64,000 bases of DNA from Podarcis tiliguerta (Eukaryota), in the NCBI GenBank assembly GCA_965153285.1, contig OZ229112.1; one strand, written 5' to 3'. Below the pieces are notes generated by a model. That model made no database searches. It saw nothing but the letters and a program-made list of their open reading frames with translations, and was not told where the DNA came from. The translations under genes and the position numbers were made by a program. Positions 60,469 to 64,000 of this stretch are shown here, in pieces; the stretch's first letter is position 1; each line of letters begins with the position of its first letter.

Positions 60469-63149
60469 GTAGGAAGTTGACAATAATAACACACCATATC
60501 ATTACAGATTTTTTTCTTTAGCAGTAAAACTCTGTGCCTGCTTGCGTCTGCCTGCTTTCGCATCCCTGTGACCTCTTGTACTTTTATCAAGGAACTAAAC
60601 AAGTCAAGGAGGGAAGAAAATACCACACCAGTGTTTCAGATGATTATACTCTTCCTGCTGTAACGTGGTCTCCATAAAACTTATTTATGCAACGTGCAGC
60701 TCTAGTTGGTTTCAGCCAGACACAATAATATCATCACAAGTTCCAATTGTAGCTGAAGAGGAGGCTGGAAAAGAAAGTCTGAAGAGCCATCCTAGAAATG
60801 AGATTGAACCCATCCCGCTGATTACAAGTTTCAGGACAATCTCTGATATATGGAACATGTGGAATCAAACAAAGCAGTTTAAACTTTTGACTTTGAAATA
60901 TTCTGATTTTAGAGTTCAGGTGTGAAGTGCTGAACAAATATATTAGGTCAGTAAATATGTATTTGTCAGAGTGCATACTGCTTCTGTCCTTTCTTCTCAA
61001 AAATGTCTGAAATATATTAGTAAAAATAACTCAAGCTAGGTTAATCCAGTAACTCATAAAAAGTATAATTGCATTTAACCTGATTTGGGTTTTTTTATTT
61101 TAAACCATACGTTTTGGGTGATACGGAGGTATGTTCAATTGGGCCACATAGAGGGGGAGAGGTTGCCAATGACAGCTTCCCTTTGAGGCAAGATGGCTAA
61201 TCAATAACCATAGAAACAATGTAAAATACAAGATAATAGCTAGCTTTTATGCTTGTTCCTGCTTGGATAAGGTTTTAATTTTAACCTTCCTGCAATTTCC
61301 CATTTAATAAAAATGCACCAGAGGTCGGTTTCAGACCTATATATGTAAAATTTGCAGGCTCTTTTGTTTTCAGTAAATATTGATTCTCCATCATCAGTTC
61401 ATTCATATATACCATTGCTTTTGTTGCTATCCCAGCTTATTGGCGCATTGGTTTTGTAGATGGAGATGTGTTTCTATACTGTCCTGGTTCCAGACATAGC
61501 TTAGGAAGCAATGCTTTAAGTGTTTGAATTAAATCCCAGAAGACATCTGGTTAGCATGTAAAATAAACAAATTAAAAGATAAATCAGCAGACCTTCCTAC
61601 ATGTTTCCCTAATCTTATACAGAGAATAACATGTTATTGCTCAGGCTTTGTTTTTCCTGTGATTCATTGGATCAATATGTTGATGAGAAATATGGGTCAT
61701 CCCTCGCTGGTGGTTAATTTCTGCTGAGAAGATTACTTGTTTTATGTATTAATCATATGTTCAATTAATGGCCTGTTAAGCAAAAGGGAACCATTTAATA
61801 TGAGTAACAGTTTTAGCCCTGGATTTATGTTGATGCTGAGATGTGAAATTTATATCAATTCAGAATAATGAAATAAAAGATAGGCAAGAGGCAGCATGGT
61901 TAAGCTAGGCTGCCTTGTTTCCAAGGGAGAAAATGAAATCAAGACTGTTTGCTAGCGCTGGTAGCTATACCCATTTATTCTTTATGGTTTATAACTATTT
62001 GAAGCCATTCACAGTTCATACGCACTTGGCTTTGGAAAATGTCTGTCTTTCAAATGCTCTTCTGAAGAACTGCGAGGAGTCCTATGCAATGAAAATCTTA
62101 AAGAATATATTTATACATAATAGTTGCTGGTTCCATGCTGAGAAATGGAATCTATGGAACTATAGTTGTGCATTTAGTCCAAAAGCATTCTGCTGGCTGT
62201 GAAGTATGTAAGGAAAAAAAATAACTAGATACAATAGTTGTGACCTGCACAGTGTTAGAAACTGAGATTTGAAAGCTAGCATCTAAATGGCACCTTAAAC
62301 TGAGGTTATGGGTGTAATAACGGAATGTCTAGGCACACTTTTTTTTTATAACAAGAATACAAAGCTGCAAATGAATGAACTGCAGCTAAAATATTATGCT
62401 CATTTTTCACATGGTCTAGTCCTGCCCTTGCCCACCCCCCTAAGATTCTTAAGAGGGTCTCTTCTCCAGTCTTCAGAGAGTAGCTGGAAGTGGGGAGGCA
62501 GAAGAAGGTCCTCCTTTCCTTCCACACAGCAGTTTTAATCTGAAATCTTAGGCACAATACTGCGCCCAGAGCTCAGAAACTGCTTACACTAATGAAATTC
62601 CCTGTCACGAAATGTGCCTAGAACAATGGGAGTTTCAAACACTGGACCGGCATCCAAGACACAGAAGATTAGTGCACTTCTAAACCAGCATTTTTTAAAA
62701 GGTAGATTTTTGCTTTTTAAAACAGGTAGATTCGGCATTGACAGGCAGTGAGGTACTCTTGAGAAGTAAGAGGGTCTTACCCAAGAAAAAAGCATGCTCA
62801 GTGGGAACTCAAGGTAGCAATAAAATCAGCTTTTTTTGTGTGTGTGTTGCAAATGGGTAGCTCTTGGATCTCAGTTTGACTCTTGCATCAAATTGACCAG
62901 CACTGGTTATGGCTTCTGTGTGGGCTTTATGTTTATATTATAATATTTATAAGCTGCCTGGGAACAATTAATCCAAGGTGACTAACATAACGTAAATTCA
63001 CTACAAGATTCACATTGCTACCTATGCAAGCACAATGCAAAGTTACTAAGCCGGCAACAGACACCAGTATTTTAAAAAACTTTGTCCAGCTAGAGATATA
63101 TCATAATTTCATAGCATAACAGTTAGAAGTATTCTTAATCTTCCTGGTA

Positions 63150-63790
63150 TTAATCATACAGGGGTTGCTTGAGACAGGTGTGTCTTCAAGGCCTTTTGAA
63201 AGGAGTGGAGTATGGTAACCTTTTGTTAATAGGTTCTAGAGCCATGAGGCCACCATAGAAAAGATCTCCTGTGTCATTCCTGGCAAACTCACTGCCCTAA
63301 GTTGGCCTTTGTTGCTAAAATTAACTTGCGAACCAGAAATTATCTTGTGAACCAGAAAATATGGTTACAGGTGGCCCTTCAAAAATTTATAAAATTAGCA
63401 TTTTGAATTGGGCTCAAGAGGGCACTGGCAGTCAATGCAACTGGTATAATAATGGTGTTACATGGTCCAAATGACATGCCCTGACAGGTGCATTTTGAAC
63501 CAGATGAAGTTTCAAAGTCATCTTCAAAGGCAGCTTCACATAGAGCCACATGGAGGTTTCTTCAGAAAAGACTGCCGTTAATGTACCAGACAAAGCTGAG
63601 AAAATGTGTTCTGGCCCTCATGTGGCGTTCAAGAGAGCGGGACTGTTCTTTAAAATGGAGTGCCACTCCATCTAGGACTAGCTGTAAACTGTCGTGTACA
63701 GGAGATAACCTCCCAGTTCATAGTGTCTCCAGTTTGCTTTGCTGTAACCCCTGCTTGTTCACAGTCATCCGCTTCTGCATAATAATAGTA
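63150..63790 (-). mobile_element. Old L2 fragment
   Basis: Minus strand ctggttcaaaatgca (LVQNA), gaccatgtaacacca (DHVTP) and gactgccagt (LP); heavily degenerate. Confidence 0.55.
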
Positions 63791-64000
63791 TGGAAAAATT
63801 TCCTAAGTGGAAACGTCTGTGCTCTTGTATTCACATGATAATAGTTGCTCACAAAAGTACATGCTTGGAGAGAATGGCTAGGAGTCTCAAGTAAGCAGAG
63901 CAGGATTGCACAAACTAGTTATACATGAAAAGAGCATCTGTGGTCTGAAATGATCTTTGAGGAAAACCTCAGTAAGATGTTGGACCCTACTGGTAGAATG

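Noticed and set aside
60470-64000. NHSL1 exon 3 (ECDKLR...)
   Set aside because: I found no matching coding sequence; it presumably lies downstream of the window.

Overview
Eukaryotic, AT-rich vertebrate genomic DNA from a squamate reptile, most likely a lacertid lizard. The basis is Sauria SINEs, a BovB/RTE tail, tRNA-derived SINEs, L2/CR1 LINEs and abundant MITEs. The window lies in the 5' variable region of NHSL1 (Nance-Horan syndrome-like 1) on the + strand. It holds alternative coding first exons MKKESASKSF... (11786-11987), MFCLK (25941-25956) and MVVFINTKLK... (56288-56345). All end in phase-1 GT donors that fit the common 153-nt exon (x)VSNLDEESRWTVHY...KSVLR at 60316-60468. Further phase-1-compatible candidate first exons lie at 38493 (65 codons, strongest), 39305, 57784 and 14764. 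A 56-nt candidate cassette exon (26473-26528) would switch which of two out-of-frame ATGs in the MFCLK exon is productive. The rest is intron filled with transposon fossils, several of them nested. It also contains a perfect 36-bp palindrome, degenerate hammerhead-like motifs, a Z-DNA-prone tract and candidate CTCF and PBX-MEIS sites. Most entries in the ORF track are spurious. I found no rRNA, true tRNA, CRISPR or prokaryotic features. Gene and repeat identities come from recall of known sequences, not from database searches.
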